This document shows, piece after piece, positions 28,301 to 37,953 of a stretch of DNA of 49,618 nt; the first letter of the stretch is position 1, and the number at the start of each line of letters is the position of its first letter. The DNA comes from Candidatus Kaiserbacteria bacterium (lineage in GTDB: Bacteria; Patescibacteriota; Minisyncoccia; Phycocordibacterales; UBA918), in contig JAGQME010000004.1 in assembly GCA_020428795.1 (NCBI GenBank), positions 1-49,618 of the forward strand, in the 5' to 3' direction. Below the pieces are notes generated by a model, which saw only the letters and a list, made by a program, of their open reading frames with translations, had not been told where the DNA came from and did not search any database. The position numbers were made by a program, and so were the translations under genes.

Positions 28301-31300
28301 TTTGTGCACCATTTGGAGAGAGATGAGATGAATTTTCATTAGTCATACCACCAAGACCAGCTGACACATCGGTGGTATCGCTACCTTGAGTTAGGTTGGC
28401 GATATCCAACATAGCAAAGGCCGCATCGGTATCACTAACTCTAGTCCACGTACCAACATTATTACAGGTTGTCACCTTGGTCCCATACTCCAGAGTAAAG
28501 CCAGCTGGAGCTGAAGTGTTAGTACCTTCGTTTGATACCTGTAAACGTAAACGAACTGGATCAAGTATTTTCATTCCGTACAGAGGCGTATCTTCAACCC
28601 CACCAGTAGCCGAAGTAGCAGATGCTTCATCACCATCGTCGTTTCTAAAATGATAATGAGTTTGAGTTAGATCAGCCCCCAATAAAGTGGTACTGCCACT
28701 AAGAGAAACAATGGTACTCGGGGCCACTGCGGCTCCACCCGTTACCACAATATCATCATCGGGAGAATTGATGGAAATATCAACAGTCTCACCATTTAGC
28801 GCACTATCAGTTACGTCGAACACAGTATAAAGACATATCGATTGCGTAGTAGAGGCCGTCACACCATCACTAAAAGTAGAGGTGCCGTTGGCGCCAGAAA
28901 AACCGTTAGTATCAGTAGCCCCAAATTGAGCCTCGCCACCACCATAGGACTGATCGTCACAAGTATAAGGATTAGTTATATCTAGGTCATAAAAAAGTTT
29001 AATATTTGAAAGACCGACACTAGCATCGACCGAACCAGACTCAGTAATTGTTACATCGGTCAGTTGTCTGCTACTGGAGTTTTCTTTGATAACAAAAGTA
29101 CCACCAATGTATTGATCAGTCGCTGGTATATTTATATTAGAAACCTGTGTACCGGTGGCTGATAGGGTTACATCAGCCGCTATCGTGGCCCGTGCGTAAA
29201 TATCATAGGCTCGTAATTCTGTACCAGCGTCGGTCAACCTAAAACAATAAGTAGTACCCTCTGCGGCCGAGGACGAAGCTACCAAAGAATACTCTAACTC
29301 TAGAAAATTATTGGTATCCAAGACAAGGCCAGTAGTTTGTGAGGTAGTATCCAACAAAGCCCCGTTTGGACTAAGGTGGACAGAATTACCATTAGTCACC
29401 CCACCGATGCCAATACTAATGTCAGTAGAATCTGTGCCGTTGGTCAGATTAGAAGAATCGTACATAGAAAAGTCATCATCGGCCGTATCAATATCAACCC
29501 AACCGGAAGCTAGGCTACAATTACCGGCCGCTTCGGCATATTCAATCCTAAACGACGTGGCGTCTGAGCTGGTAGAACCCTCATTAGAAACTCCAAAACG
29601 TAATCTAAAGGGTGTCTCAGTCTGCAAGGCACTGAGGTTAGTATCTTCACTACCGTTTGTCCTTGAAGTGGCACCACTTTCGTTTCCATCGTCGTTTCTA
29701 AAATGAAAGTGTTGTTGAGTAAGAACAAAATCCCTTACAGTGGTATTACCGCTTGGAGAAACCAACGTATTTGGTACTACAGTACCACTTGAAATAACCA
29801 CATCGCTACTCGGATTAGCAATGTCAACCGACAGTGTCTTGGTATCTGTTTCTTCATTTAAGATATCGAGTGTAACATAAACACATAGTGCTGAGGTAGT
29901 CGATATTTCTACACCTGACTGAGTAAACGAAGCCGTCCCTCCGTCACCGGTAAAACCACCAGTATCGGTTGAACCGAATTGTGATTCTGTAGCGTTATAT
30001 GATTCACTTTCACAATTGTAGGGACTAGAAGTATCGTATTCATAATAAAGCCTTATATTATCAACTCCCGTATCACCATTTATGGTTCCACTTTCAGTTA
30101 AAGTAATGGAACTTACAGTTCTGGTGGCTATATTTTCATTAAAAACAAAACTCCCACCTAAATGAACACCGGTGTCGCCGGCTCTAACCTCAGAGATTTG
30201 AGTACCGGTAGCACTAACCGTTACTCCACCAAACACATCGGCGATAGTGTCACCGTAAATATTAACAGCGGTGGCATCGAACCAAGTGGCGTAAATTCTT
30301 TCATCGGAGTAATTATTCAAATCGACCCCCCATAAGTCACCAGAACTGGTATTGATGGGTCCGGTCTCACTTCCCCATGAACTCATAGCGTTGGTAGAAG
30401 AATTCCAGTAAACATCCGCTGTATCAGCGGTGGCGGGAACACTTCGTCCAGTATAGGCCACGTAGACATTGTCAGTGTTTGCGTCTAAAGCCATCGCTAT
30501 CTGAGTGAGACCCAGAGCACTATCAGTCACCATATCGGTAGTATTGGTCCATGATCCATTATAGACAGCGCTTCTAATGTCATCATTAGTACCAAGGGTG
30601 TTGGCCTGAGCTATGTAGGCTAGATAAACAGACCCATCGCTTGCAGTAACGGCCGCCATAGCCACGTCGTAAGTACCGTTCTCCGGAGCGTTAGTATCCA
30701 CATCAGTCCAACTTCCATCCCATGAACTACTACTGTTATGCCAAACTTGTGATCGCACACTATTAGCAGATAAATCTCGATTAATAAGTAAAACATCACC
30801 ACCGGTAAGTGGTACTAAAAGACTCCAATCGTTTACCAAATCTTGGGGTGAAGTCCCAGCTTCTGTCCAATTAGTACCCACATTACAAGCACTACTACAC
30901 CTCACCACAATTGAGTCACTAGCGTCATCCACAGCTGCAAATAGAGTACCGTCGGTAGCTTTGGTTATAGTTGGGCGATTGGCTCCTAAGGCTAGGGTAC
31001 CGGAAAATCCAGCATTGGCAGTAATATTGAGAGCAGTCGATCCCATCAACAAAGTGTCGTTACTGGTGTCAAGGCGATTATAAAACAAATCATCATCTCC
31101 TTGGTCCATGGTTAGGATGTGGATATAGCCACCAGCATCACCCGGCGTCCACGGATCATAATGAACCGAAATCGAGTTACAGTCAGTCTGAGCAGCTTGA
31201 TCATCAACGTTAACTGGCGAACCCCAAGAAGCACCACCATTAGTAGTCTTTACATATGAACACTCCCCAACACTGTCTCGGAAAAATTTGTAACCAATGT

Positions 31301-31625
31301 CATCCGAAATAAAAACCGACTGCGGTCCAGTATGAATATGAGAAGTACCGCCAGAGTTTGGGCTACTAGCCACCACCACTTCAGCCGCCTCGGCCTTTGG
31401 TACCTTGGGCATTAGTGGCACCACATTAGCTAAATCACCAAACAAAAATATAGTTACCAAAAATACAACACCGATCTTACACAAGACTTGTCCAAAGACT
31501 CCTTGAAAAAACAAGAAGCTTGAGTTTCTGGTCGCTCGACCGAGCTTAGTTATTTTTTGCTGGGTCTGTTGAATATGTTTTGACACATTTAAGAGACCTC
31601 GCCATTTGTTACCAATGCGATTCAT
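25377..31625 (-). CDS. Giant (2082 aa) modular surface protein: TM/signal, BNR-like beta-propeller, tandem ~351-aa repeats, unassigned beta region, two more HFRNDDG-type modules, WxL-like C-terminal domain
   Basis: Single uninterrupted ORF. Asp-box-like TTNGGASWG, VGTNWTE and STNAMSSWG. Repeat signatures HFHFRNDDGNE, HYHFRNDDGDE, YYRFYVDND and WRWFTDENN. Ends ...PGEYQSNITYIAVPTF. Confidence 0.85.
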   Translation of the reverse strand: MNRIGNKWRGLLNVSKHIQQTQQKITKLGRATRNSSFLFFQGVFGQVLCKIGVVFLVTIFLFGDLANVVPLMPKVPKAEAAEVVVASSPNSGGTSHIHTGPQSVFISDDIGYKFFRDSVGECSYVKTTNGGASWGSPVNVDDQAAQTDCNSISVHYDPWTPGDAGGYIHILTMDQGDDDLFYNRLDTSNDTLLMGSTALNITANAGFSGTLALGANRPTITKATDGTLFAAVDDASDSIVVRCSSACNVGTNWTEAGTSPQDLVNDWSLLVPLTGGDVLLINRDLSANSVRSQVWHNSSSSWDGSWTDVDTNAPENGTYDVAMAAVTASDGSVYLAYIAQANTLGTNDDIRSAVYNGSWTNTTDMVTDSALGLTQIAMALDANTDNVYVAYTGRSVPATADTADVYWNSSTNAMSSWGSETGPINTSSGDLWGVDLNNYSDERIYATWFDATAVNIYGDTIADVFGGVTVSATGTQISEVRAGDTGVHLGGSFVFNENIATRTVSSITLTESGTINGDTGVDNIRLYYEYDTSSPYNCESESYNATESQFGSTDTGGFTGDGGTASFTQSGVEISTTSALCVYVTLDILNEETDTKTLSVDIANPSSDVVISSGTVVPNTLVSPSGNTTVRDFVLTQQHFHFRNDDGNESGATSRTNGSEDTNLSALQTETPFRLRFGVSNEGSTSSDATSFRIEYAEAAGNCSLASGWVDIDTADDDFSMYDSSNLTNGTDSTDISIGIGGVTNGNSVHLSPNGALLDTTSQTTGLVLDTNNFLELEYSLVASSSAAEGTTYCFRLTDAGTELRAYDIYARATIAADVTLSATGTQVSNINIPATDQYIGGTFVIKENSSSRQLTDVTITESGSVDASVGLSNIKLFYDLDITNPYTCDDQSYGGGEAQFGATDTNGFSGANGTSTFSDGVTASTTQSICLYTVFDVTDSALNGETVDISINSPDDDIVVTGGAAVAPSTIVSLSGSTTLLGADLTQTHYHFRNDDGDEASATSATGGVEDTPLYGMKILDPVRLRLQVSNEGTNTSAPAGFTLEYGTKVTTCNNVGTWTRVSDTDAAFAMLDIANLTQGSDTTDVSAGLGGMTNENSSHLSPNGAQNDTSAVSATTTLTSSQFLELEYSFEITDKAGYDTNYCFRVSNNGVDLNNYIEYAELSTSPKQDFKIQRGTLFVSGTGSTITAGSEYDAPASTSTAFIRITNSHHTGAGKSSAGGNQNTDDVTAYISNPENLLTSITFTRPATALNDTKVDWEIIEYIGDGGADNEMVVRGQSTATFGINSTTMSGSAVAGVLDDDDVVVFITGIANPDVARADYETMQTTSNWASSTNQPTFERGASGSDAVVVSYAVVEFVGINWNIQRVEHTYSTAGDLELVDIPNPVISTTQAFLHTQKRMTNGLQTQADFGHEVFISGMGQLTFKIDSLATTPGGHTSVAWVIENTQVTTGAMNVHQVNGSTRGGTEPLTLSVDIGDTLERTSNSSIFANTRFSQIGTNFPRPIAGFRLASTTAFYLWRSDTGNTLTYRAEIVEWPIAELAFRQNYYRFYVDNDLITPTDPWPAGASDIGENTSISIADEPLGEGERVRVRMSLKVVNASLPQANQGFKLQFGLRSSTCSAINTWTDVGAPGSGVVWRGYNATPSDGTELPSLLLFSVSDVAGTFESANNSAINPNSATAGEDVEYDWLIEQNGAVQRADYCLRMVFGDGTPLSVYNNYPTLRSSGYTPLTSSWRWFTDENNLTPSSALAAENTAPIDVEDEILKLRVSLKETENAEGVNTKFGLQYSQSADFSDGGTFLTSTSSCTSTSTWCYADVAGSDNEIIDNSVISDSNACFAGIGNGCGAHNESTGGTSLVTQPALATTEFEFGIAQGLTRVNAVYYFRLWDMVNNEPVYASSSYPSLVTAGASLTFDILGLPAGTTTNSFTINATSTPSTLPFSVLPFNSVVYTGHRLAVNTNATDGYQVLMMTDQQLTDEYANTILPVTGTNASPLSWANGCSATTTSCFGYHVGDDVLQGGSARFAPDDTFAALATTASEIMYSAVPTNDTHDIVYGISVTEDNVPGEYQSNITYIAVPTF
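28113..30218 (-). repeat. Intragenic tandem duplication, 2 x ~1053 nt (~351 aa), within the giant gene
   Basis: Unit 1 starts VSATGTQISEV (30218). Unit 2 starts LSATGTQVSNI (29165). The units are collinear through ...FLELEYS...YCFR(L/V)..G..L. DNA identity survives only in patches such as catcgtcgtttctaaaatga. Confidence 0.8.
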
Positions 31626-31651
31626 AACTTTACTCTTACATTGTAACGCAT

Positions 31652-33475
31652 TTAAGCGCTATCTATAGTTTGGGAACTGGGAATTACTAAATCCTCAATT
31701 TCGACTGGCCTGGTGGTCGAAGCTTCAGTATCACTATCCGGCACAAAAACCGGTACTATCAAATCCTCAAATTCAGTGGTGGAAGTAGCTGTTAATTCTG
31801 TATTACTACTAGTTGGACTAGTAGTGGCACTCGGCACTGGATTTACAACCTTGGTGGTAGTTGAAACACTTATACCACTATCACTACTGGTGGCCTGATT
31901 ATTCTGATTATCAGGCGGTGATGTTTTAGGGGTAGTAACAACTATTTCAGACTCTTTACCAGTGGGTTTGGTTTGAATCAAAGCTCTTGTCTCACCAGTC
32001 TGGTCAGAATTAGGAATTTTTTCCGGCACCTTATGGGGTTGGGCCGACAATGGAACCACTACTCTTGAAGCCAAATCAAAACCCTTAGTAACAATATCAC
32101 CGTTTTCAAGCGCTGTTTCATAAACCAATACCATGCGAGGATTCTGGACCGAAGAGCCTCCACCGTCATCAATAATAGAAAGTTCTTCAGTGGCTAAATC
32201 ATAAAGAACAATCTGTTGCTTACCAGTTTTGTCGGTTGTATTCCAAATAACCAAATCCTCATAGACAAGCGGAGCCACATCATGTGATTGTGAATTACTG
32301 ATGATTCGTTCATTCTTACCATCGTGCAGAATAATCTCCCAATTGTTTTCTACCCACCGTTGCCAGGCTATGTAGTCATCATATCTGGACGGCTCCATAT
32401 TATTTACACTTCCATTGGTTAGTTGGACTTCTTTACCACTATCTATATCATAAGAAATTATTTGATAACGATCATTTATCAGACGATGCCAAACGATGGT
32501 GTTTGAAACCGGATCGAAGTAAGGAGCGGCGTCGTCTACTTCGTTATGAGTAATCTGGGTTTGCTCACCATTATAATATAAGAAAATCTCCAAATCGCCG
32601 TCTTTATCAGGAGCAGATAATAGACGGTTTTCTTCTGTGTCCTCAGTTTTTTCGGTGTCACTAATACCACAATAAAAAGAGCCATCCTCTACTCTGACAC
32701 ACTCTTCCCGGCTAAACTGGTAATAATTATCGGCATTATTTACAACGTCTACCCTTTCAATTATTTCATCTGAGGTAGTAGCTTGGGTTTCGTCCGAGAC
32801 TTGTTCATCGGTACTTGAACCTATATCAGTCTCTATTTCATTAACGATATCTTTCTCTACATCGCCACCGGAATCACTATCTACAGACGAAGAGTCTCCG
32901 CCATCGCCAGATTCGTCATTCTGAATAGTTTCAGCAACGTCTTCACTACCATCCTCTGTGACTGAAGAAATTTGATCTTGATTAACATTTTCATCACCAC
33001 CATCGATTGCAGGCTCAGCTTGATCAATTGACTGATTATCATGGCCACCAGTTTCCACTTCACTAATCTCAGTATCAGACACACTTTCTGGTTCATCAAG
33101 ATCAATTGCTGATGATAACAAATCCGACTCAGACTGATCGGTTGCATCATCAAAATCCTCAGCGAGATTATCTGATTCTGATTGACTTTCTGATTCGGTA
33201 TTTTCTATATCGGCCGGAGGCGGTGATTCCTCAGCTGGTACCTCAGATATCTCTCCTTCAGTTGTCTCCAGCCCCTCACTAGATGCAAAAACATACGAAA
33301 CAGAAGACAGCAGTAAAGCCAGACCTAAGATCAAGATAGCTAACACCGAAAAGACACTGCTATAGACAAACCGATACAGAATGACGTTGGCTAAGGCAGG
33401 TGTATTATTATGTTTTTTTGTTATTTTTGGTTGCACCACAAACAATAGTCCTAGAAAATTAGAACTTCCCATCAC
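31652..33475 (-). CDS. Membrane-anchored protein with acidic low-complexity region, TolB/PD40-like beta-propeller repeats and Ser/Thr/Pro-rich tail
   Basis: 607 aa. TM VFSVLAILILGLALLLSSV. D/E/S-rich stretch of about 170 aa. Repeated blades such as EIFLYYNGEQTQIT, YQIISYDIDSGKEVQLT, WEIILHDGKNERIIS and QIVLYDLATEELSII. Confidence 0.7.
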   Translation of the reverse strand: MMGSSNFLGLLFVVQPKITKKHNNTPALANVILYRFVYSSVFSVLAILILGLALLLSSVSYVFASSEGLETTEGEISEVPAEESPPPADIENTESESQSESDNLAEDFDDATDQSESDLLSSAIDLDEPESVSDTEISEVETGGHDNQSIDQAEPAIDGGDENVNQDQISSVTEDGSEDVAETIQNDESGDGGDSSSVDSDSGGDVEKDIVNEIETDIGSSTDEQVSDETQATTSDEIIERVDVVNNADNYYQFSREECVRVEDGSFYCGISDTEKTEDTEENRLLSAPDKDGDLEIFLYYNGEQTQITHNEVDDAAPYFDPVSNTIVWHRLINDRYQIISYDIDSGKEVQLTNGSVNNMEPSRYDDYIAWQRWVENNWEIILHDGKNERIISNSQSHDVAPLVYEDLVIWNTTDKTGKQQIVLYDLATEELSIIDDGGGSSVQNPRMVLVYETALENGDIVTKGFDLASRVVVPLSAQPHKVPEKIPNSDQTGETRALIQTKPTGKESEIVVTTPKTSPPDNQNNQATSSDSGISVSTTTKVVNPVPSATTSPTSSNTELTATSTTEFEDLIVPVFVPDSDTEASTTRPVEIEDLVIPSSQTIDSA

Positions 33476-33525
33476 ATATATATTTTACGTTAGTTTAGCC
33501 TTTCAATACCGACCACTTATCAACA

Positions 33526-34287
33526 CTATTGAAAGAAATATCTGGCCAAAATTATACCGAAATCTCGAAAAGTCATCTTAGAATCACCACTAAAATCATA
33601 AACTTTACTTTTTTGGTGCCAAGCTGACATAAAAGCACTAATATCTTTTAGGGTTACTCTTCCATCATTATCTATATCACCAACAATACCAAGACCACCC
33701 TCACCAGAAATAGACACATTTGGCACGAAAGTACCATCTTCCCTAGCAATTGCTAGCTGGGTACTATCTTCACCAACATCAGTCACCGTAACCTCGGCAC
33801 CAGTTCCGTCTCCAGCGTAAAGTACCGCCTCACTCACTTCAATGTAGGCTAGGCCCGAGGTCTTGGCTTCTGCTTTAATAGTAGCAATTCGGTGTTTACC
33901 AATAAAACCTTTGCGGTAGGTACCACCAGAAAGGAAAACGGTACCACTATTAAAGTATGGTTCTTTGGTCCACAGGGTTATCACTGAAGTTCCAGTATCA
34001 ACACCAAGAATCTTAACCTGTGTGGTCGGTAGCTTCACCTTGATGTCAACAGCGTTAACTGGCACCTTAGCTGTTACATAAACATCGATTGAAAAATTCT
34101 CACCAGCTAACACTGTTTCTCTATCGGGTTCGATCGATATATAAGTAACATCCTCAGACAAAAGAGCGGCCGCTCCCAATACTGAAACTAAGGTCAAAAA
34201 CAACGGAAAGGCATGACGAACTGTTGGCGTTGATTTTGTGTAAAACCAAGGAAACAGCCACCTTTTTAGCCTTTCAAAAAAAATCAT
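33526..34287 (-). CDS. Cohesin-like domain plus C-terminal dockerin protein
   Basis: 253 aa. TM/signal. Cohesin-like GENFSIDVYVTAKVPVNAVDIKVKLPTTQVKILGVDTGTSVITLW. Dockerin pair GDIDNDGRVTLKDISAFMSAW and YDFSGDSKMTFRDFGIILARY. Confidence 0.75.
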   Translation of the reverse strand: MIFFERLKRWLFPWFYTKSTPTVRHAFPLFLTLVSVLGAAALLSEDVTYISIEPDRETVLAGENFSIDVYVTAKVPVNAVDIKVKLPTTQVKILGVDTGTSVITLWTKEPYFNSGTVFLSGGTYRKGFIGKHRIATIKAEAKTSGLAYIEVSEAVLYAGDGTGAEVTVTDVGEDSTQLAIAREDGTFVPNVSISGEGGLGIVGDIDNDGRVTLKDISAFMSAWHQKSKVYDFSGDSKMTFRDFGIILARYFFQ

Positions 34288-34949
34288 AGCGAATTAATTT
34301 CCGAATGCACCGTGAGAATCTCATCTCTGGTCTCTAAAATTGATTTACTAAGTTCCCTAGCTTGGGCAATCTCAGAAATAATAACTTCGGAATCTGTCGA
34401 TTCACCACTAGAAAGATAGTTGATGATGTTTTTTTGAGTTTCAACCAACTCCAGATCCAAATCCGCTCTTCTTGCCTCTAGAGCAACCACTTTCTTCCAA
34501 AGGTTGGTTTTAACCTCGTTAGGACCAACAAATTTGCCACTCTGATCAATTATTTCCATCAACTCAATATAGTCTGACAAAAGATTCTGACTAACAGAAA
34601 CCAGATAAGCTCGTTGCAACGGATAGAAGTAAGCACATCTTTCAAAGGCTAATTGCAGGTCTGATAGCTCTGTCTTATTTAGATTACTCAAATTACCTAA
34701 ATTGGTATCAAAAGAAGCCCTCTCTTCGATCGGACAATCCCTAACCAAACCCCGTACCCCACCTGGCGAGGTATTGTTTTTTAGATGAGTTGAAAGTTCT
34801 ATCAGTTTGGTTTCTTTCTCACCAGCCAATTGTTTAACCTCTGACAAATATCGATATTCTAGTGTGGCATAGGCTGCCACCACAAGCAAAACGGCAATAG
34901 CTATTATTGATAAGGTTTTTATTAATTTTTTATTATCAGACAATTTCAT
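34284..34949 (-). CDS. Hypothetical membrane-anchored helical protein
   Basis: 221 aa. N-terminal TM LSIIAIAVLLVVAAYA. ATGA overlap (34284..34287) with the downstream gene. Confidence 0.6.
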   Translation of the reverse strand: MKLSDNKKLIKTLSIIAIAVLLVVAAYATLEYRYLSEVKQLAGEKETKLIELSTHLKNNTSPGGVRGLVRDCPIEERASFDTNLGNLSNLNKTELSDLQLAFERCAYFYPLQRAYLVSVSQNLLSDYIELMEIIDQSGKFVGPNEVKTNLWKKVVALEARRADLDLELVETQKNIINYLSSGESTDSEVIISEIAQARELSKSILETRDEILTVHSEINSL

Positions 34950-34959
34950 ACAAATAATT

Positions 34960-36723
34960 CTAATCTACTATATCGGTAACATCATCAATTTCTTTCATAA
35001 CCCTGACCTTTGATTCATTAAGAGCGTGACTCAACTCATCTACCAACTCCTCCTCGGACTTAGTTAGTTTTGATGATTTTCGTGACTGTTTTAATATCTG
35101 AGCCTGAGCCATCAACAATGATTCTAACTCTGAAAATTCTCGAACCAAAATCGCTTTAGCTTCTCTTGATTCTCTATAAACACCCTTTCGTAAATTTCTG
35201 GCTTTAAGGAGTATAAACCAAATACCAAAGATTAGTAACGCCACCAAAGCAATTAGTGGTACAACCACAGACAACAGACTGACTGCAAAGGAACCAATCC
35301 TAACATAACCGGGTTCCGCTACCACCACTCTAATAGTGTCTGAGCGGTCACTCCTAGCTCCATTTACATCTATCGCCACAGCTGAAATTTCATAGACTCC
35401 GTAAGTCAACCGTCCATCTGGTATCACAACAAAGACTCCTTCTTCGTTACTAACCACTTCGTAGGTCTTTACCGCATCGGCACTTGATACCCCTAATCCA
35501 ATCTGAGTGAAGTCTACCTGTACCTTAGCCTGAGGCCTTGTCATACCTTTTATAACCGGTATCACGTTGGACCCGATTTTATCAGGATAATCAGTGAAAA
35601 CAGGTTTATCAAAAGACAAAATGTTAAGAGAACGAGTACCAACAGTGCTATTTCCAGCCTCATCATAGACCTCCACCATTACTGAATGGTGTCCTGGTTC
35701 TAATTCTGGTAACTGAATGAAACCACTTTCCTCTTCATCTATATACTCAAAGACTTCACCACCATCAATAGCAATCAAGAACCTAATAGCCTTCGAAGTA
35801 TCATCCTTAACCGCGTAGGCTAATTTTTGAGCTGGCTGAGTCAGATCGGCCGCTTCAGGGAGGGACAAATTAAAATCATAAGGTTCACCCGTATCTACCT
35901 TAAGACTATAGTGGGTTATCTTTCCCCAGCCATCACTATTTTTGAACTGTATGTGAAAGTACGAAACCCCTTCATCAAGATCAGAAAGATTGATATTTCG
36001 GATTGGTGTATCATAAACTTTTGAAGGTACTGAACTTGGGCTAGTATCAAGAAGTGTTCTGACCGCCGTTACTCCATTTGGAATCTCCCAACTTAAACTA
36101 GCTTCTTTAATACCATACCAAGCCTCTTGATCACCATGCGTAGCAGAAGTGATTTTAGGGGCTGCTGGAGCATTGGTTGGTGAGACATATTCAACGATAA
36201 CCTCCGCTTCCGGCGTAGTGGCTTTTGATGAAATGGTGTAACTACCGCTATTCATCGAATTCAAAACATTGGTTCCTTTTCCGTCAGCAGCCAAGACTGC
36301 TCCGTTTGAAAAACTCAATTTTGAAGCACCACTACCGTTGGCCCTGAAGGTTATGGTTAGTACCGTACCGGCACTTCCGGTATAACCAGCCGGATTACCT
36401 CCACTAAACGATATCGTACCAGCGGAATTAGAGAAAGCCGGTTCGGCCGTCCATAAGTTAAACAGAGAACCCTTAGCCACTGATACCACCGACATCAAAC
36501 TAGGATTAAAGGAAAGCGTACCCTCGGCTGCGTTTATTGGTTTACCTTCAGTATTGATTCTGACACTAACAGAGAAAGTCTGACCGGAGGTGTAAACACC
36601 GGTGTTTGGACTTAATGATAATGTAGCCGCTTCAGCAAACTGAAATAGACTAAGATAAAAAATTACCGCTAACAATGTTAATAAAATCCTAGGATAAATT
36701 GCATTGATTTGAAAACTAAACAT
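34960..36723 (-). CDS. Cohesin-like domain surface protein with Ig-like repeats, TM anchor and coiled-coil cytoplasmic tail
   Basis: Start placed at ATG 36723, 1 nt after the upstream stop; the track start is 36762. ATLSLSPNTGVYTSGQTFSVSVRINTEGKPINAAEGTLSFNPSLMSVVSVAKGSLFNLWTAEPAFSNSAGTISFSGG. TM LLSVVVPLIALVALLIFGIWFIL. Confidence 0.75.
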   Translation of the reverse strand: MFSFQINAIYPRILLTLLAVIFYLSLFQFAEAATLSLSPNTGVYTSGQTFSVSVRINTEGKPINAAEGTLSFNPSLMSVVSVAKGSLFNLWTAEPAFSNSAGTISFSGGNPAGYTGSAGTVLTITFRANGSGASKLSFSNGAVLAADGKGTNVLNSMNSGSYTISSKATTPEAEVIVEYVSPTNAPAAPKITSATHGDQEAWYGIKEASLSWEIPNGVTAVRTLLDTSPSSVPSKVYDTPIRNINLSDLDEGVSYFHIQFKNSDGWGKITHYSLKVDTGEPYDFNLSLPEAADLTQPAQKLAYAVKDDTSKAIRFLIAIDGGEVFEYIDEEESGFIQLPELEPGHHSVMVEVYDEAGNSTVGTRSLNILSFDKPVFTDYPDKIGSNVIPVIKGMTRPQAKVQVDFTQIGLGVSSADAVKTYEVVSNEEGVFVVIPDGRLTYGVYEISAVAIDVNGARSDRSDTIRVVVAEPGYVRIGSFAVSLLSVVVPLIALVALLIFGIWFILLKARNLRKGVYRESREAKAILVREFSELESLLMAQAQILKQSRKSSKLTKSEEELVDELSHALNESKVRVMKEIDDVTDIVD

Positions 36724-36724
36724 A

Positions 36725-37777
36725 TTATTCTTCTTCACTGTAATTATCTTCATCGTCAGCAAACTCTGTGTTTTCTTGTTTTCGTCTACGTCCTAAAATC
36801 ACAACCGTTGTAATCACAATCACAACAATAAGTAGTCCTACCCCAAACACCACCGCCACTATCATCAATTCTTGCGGCAGAGTTCTCTGCTCTTCTCCTG
36901 GCACCAGTACCGCTACGTATTCGTTACCGGCCTTATCAATGGCCCTAACTCTAATGGTTATATTAAGTGACTGATCTTTTAGAACATAAGGACTGGTAGC
37001 TTTTACCCAAGGCGCTGTCGCCGCTCCCCAAATAAAACGATTTCTAAATTCTGACGGCTCTTCCATTACTTCGTAATAAGCGATACCGGACTGTTTATCA
37101 GTGGTATTAAAAGTTATAAAATATTTATTACTAAAAGCGTTCGGGGTTTGTTCTAGATTGATAGTAAAGTCCTCCGGTGGCTGAGTATCATCGTTTATAG
37201 CATCGAGCCAGACATTATCCACTCGACTACCCGCCTCCTTGCTCAAAGAAATCTTGGAACCAAATAATTGCCGACTGGCCTCGGTACCAAAACCATCGTT
37301 CAACAACACCCTAGTCTCATCACCATAAACAATATCTACCTCATTTCCACTAGCCGTAGAGCCGATCTGTAGGCCCGGTGACATAAATAAAATATCAAGC
37401 AAATTGTTGGTTAGACGAGGATCACCAGCGATCCGACCACAATAACCGTTAGGAACACCTCCCGCAAAAGTAATTGTTCGATTAGCCTTATCAATAATCG
37501 GTTCTTCCAACCAAATCGATAAAATAGACTTACCTCTTGAGGTATCAACCGGCTCAATATTGTCACTGTATCTTATCGTAGCATCGACGGCGTTTATACA
37601 TTCTTCTGGATCAGTATTTATTCGCAAAGAAACCACTGTCGTATCCCCTCTTTTTAGTTCAGATTGATTGGGGTCCATATACAAAACAGCCGCTTCTGTT
37701 TTTATAACCAAGCCAAAAAACATCAACAAAAATAAGCCGAATATATTAACCCTCTTCATGTACCTTAAGTATAACAA
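36725..37777 (-). CDS. Cohesin-like domain surface protein with C-terminal TM anchor
   Basis: 350 aa. Signal peptide. LYMDPNQSELKRGDTTVVSLRINTDPEECINAVDATIRYSDNIEPVDTSRGKSILSIWLEEP...ITFAGGVPNGY. TM MIVAVVFGVGLLIVVIVITTVVIL. Confidence 0.75.
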   Translation of the reverse strand: MLYLRYMKRVNIFGLFLLMFFGLVIKTEAAVLYMDPNQSELKRGDTTVVSLRINTDPEECINAVDATIRYSDNIEPVDTSRGKSILSIWLEEPIIDKANRTITFAGGVPNGYCGRIAGDPRLTNNLLDILFMSPGLQIGSTASGNEVDIVYGDETRVLLNDGFGTEASRQLFGSKISLSKEAGSRVDNVWLDAINDDTQPPEDFTINLEQTPNAFSNKYFITFNTTDKQSGIAYYEVMEEPSEFRNRFIWGAATAPWVKATSPYVLKDQSLNITIRVRAIDKAGNEYVAVLVPGEEQRTLPQELMIVAVVFGVGLLIVVIVITTVVILGRRRKQENTEFADDEDNYSEEE

Positions 37778-37864
37778 TAACTACTATTTAGTATCAGTTT
37801 GGTTGTGTATACCTTACCTTAAACCACCTATTTATATAGCACTGAGTTGTAAAAACATAATAAA

Positions 37865-37887
37865 CAAAAAACCCACCTCGTGGTGGG
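37865..37887 (-). terminator. Intrinsic terminator of the 376-aa surface protein gene
   Basis: The minus sense reads CCCACC-ACGA-GGTGGG followed by TTTTTTGTTTATT, 67 nt past the stop at 37954. Confidence 0.75.
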
Positions 37888-37953
37888 AGATAGGGTTCTT
37901 TGTAGCTCTGCTATTGCAATTGAGAGTGTTTTATAAGCTAGTTATAAAACGAA

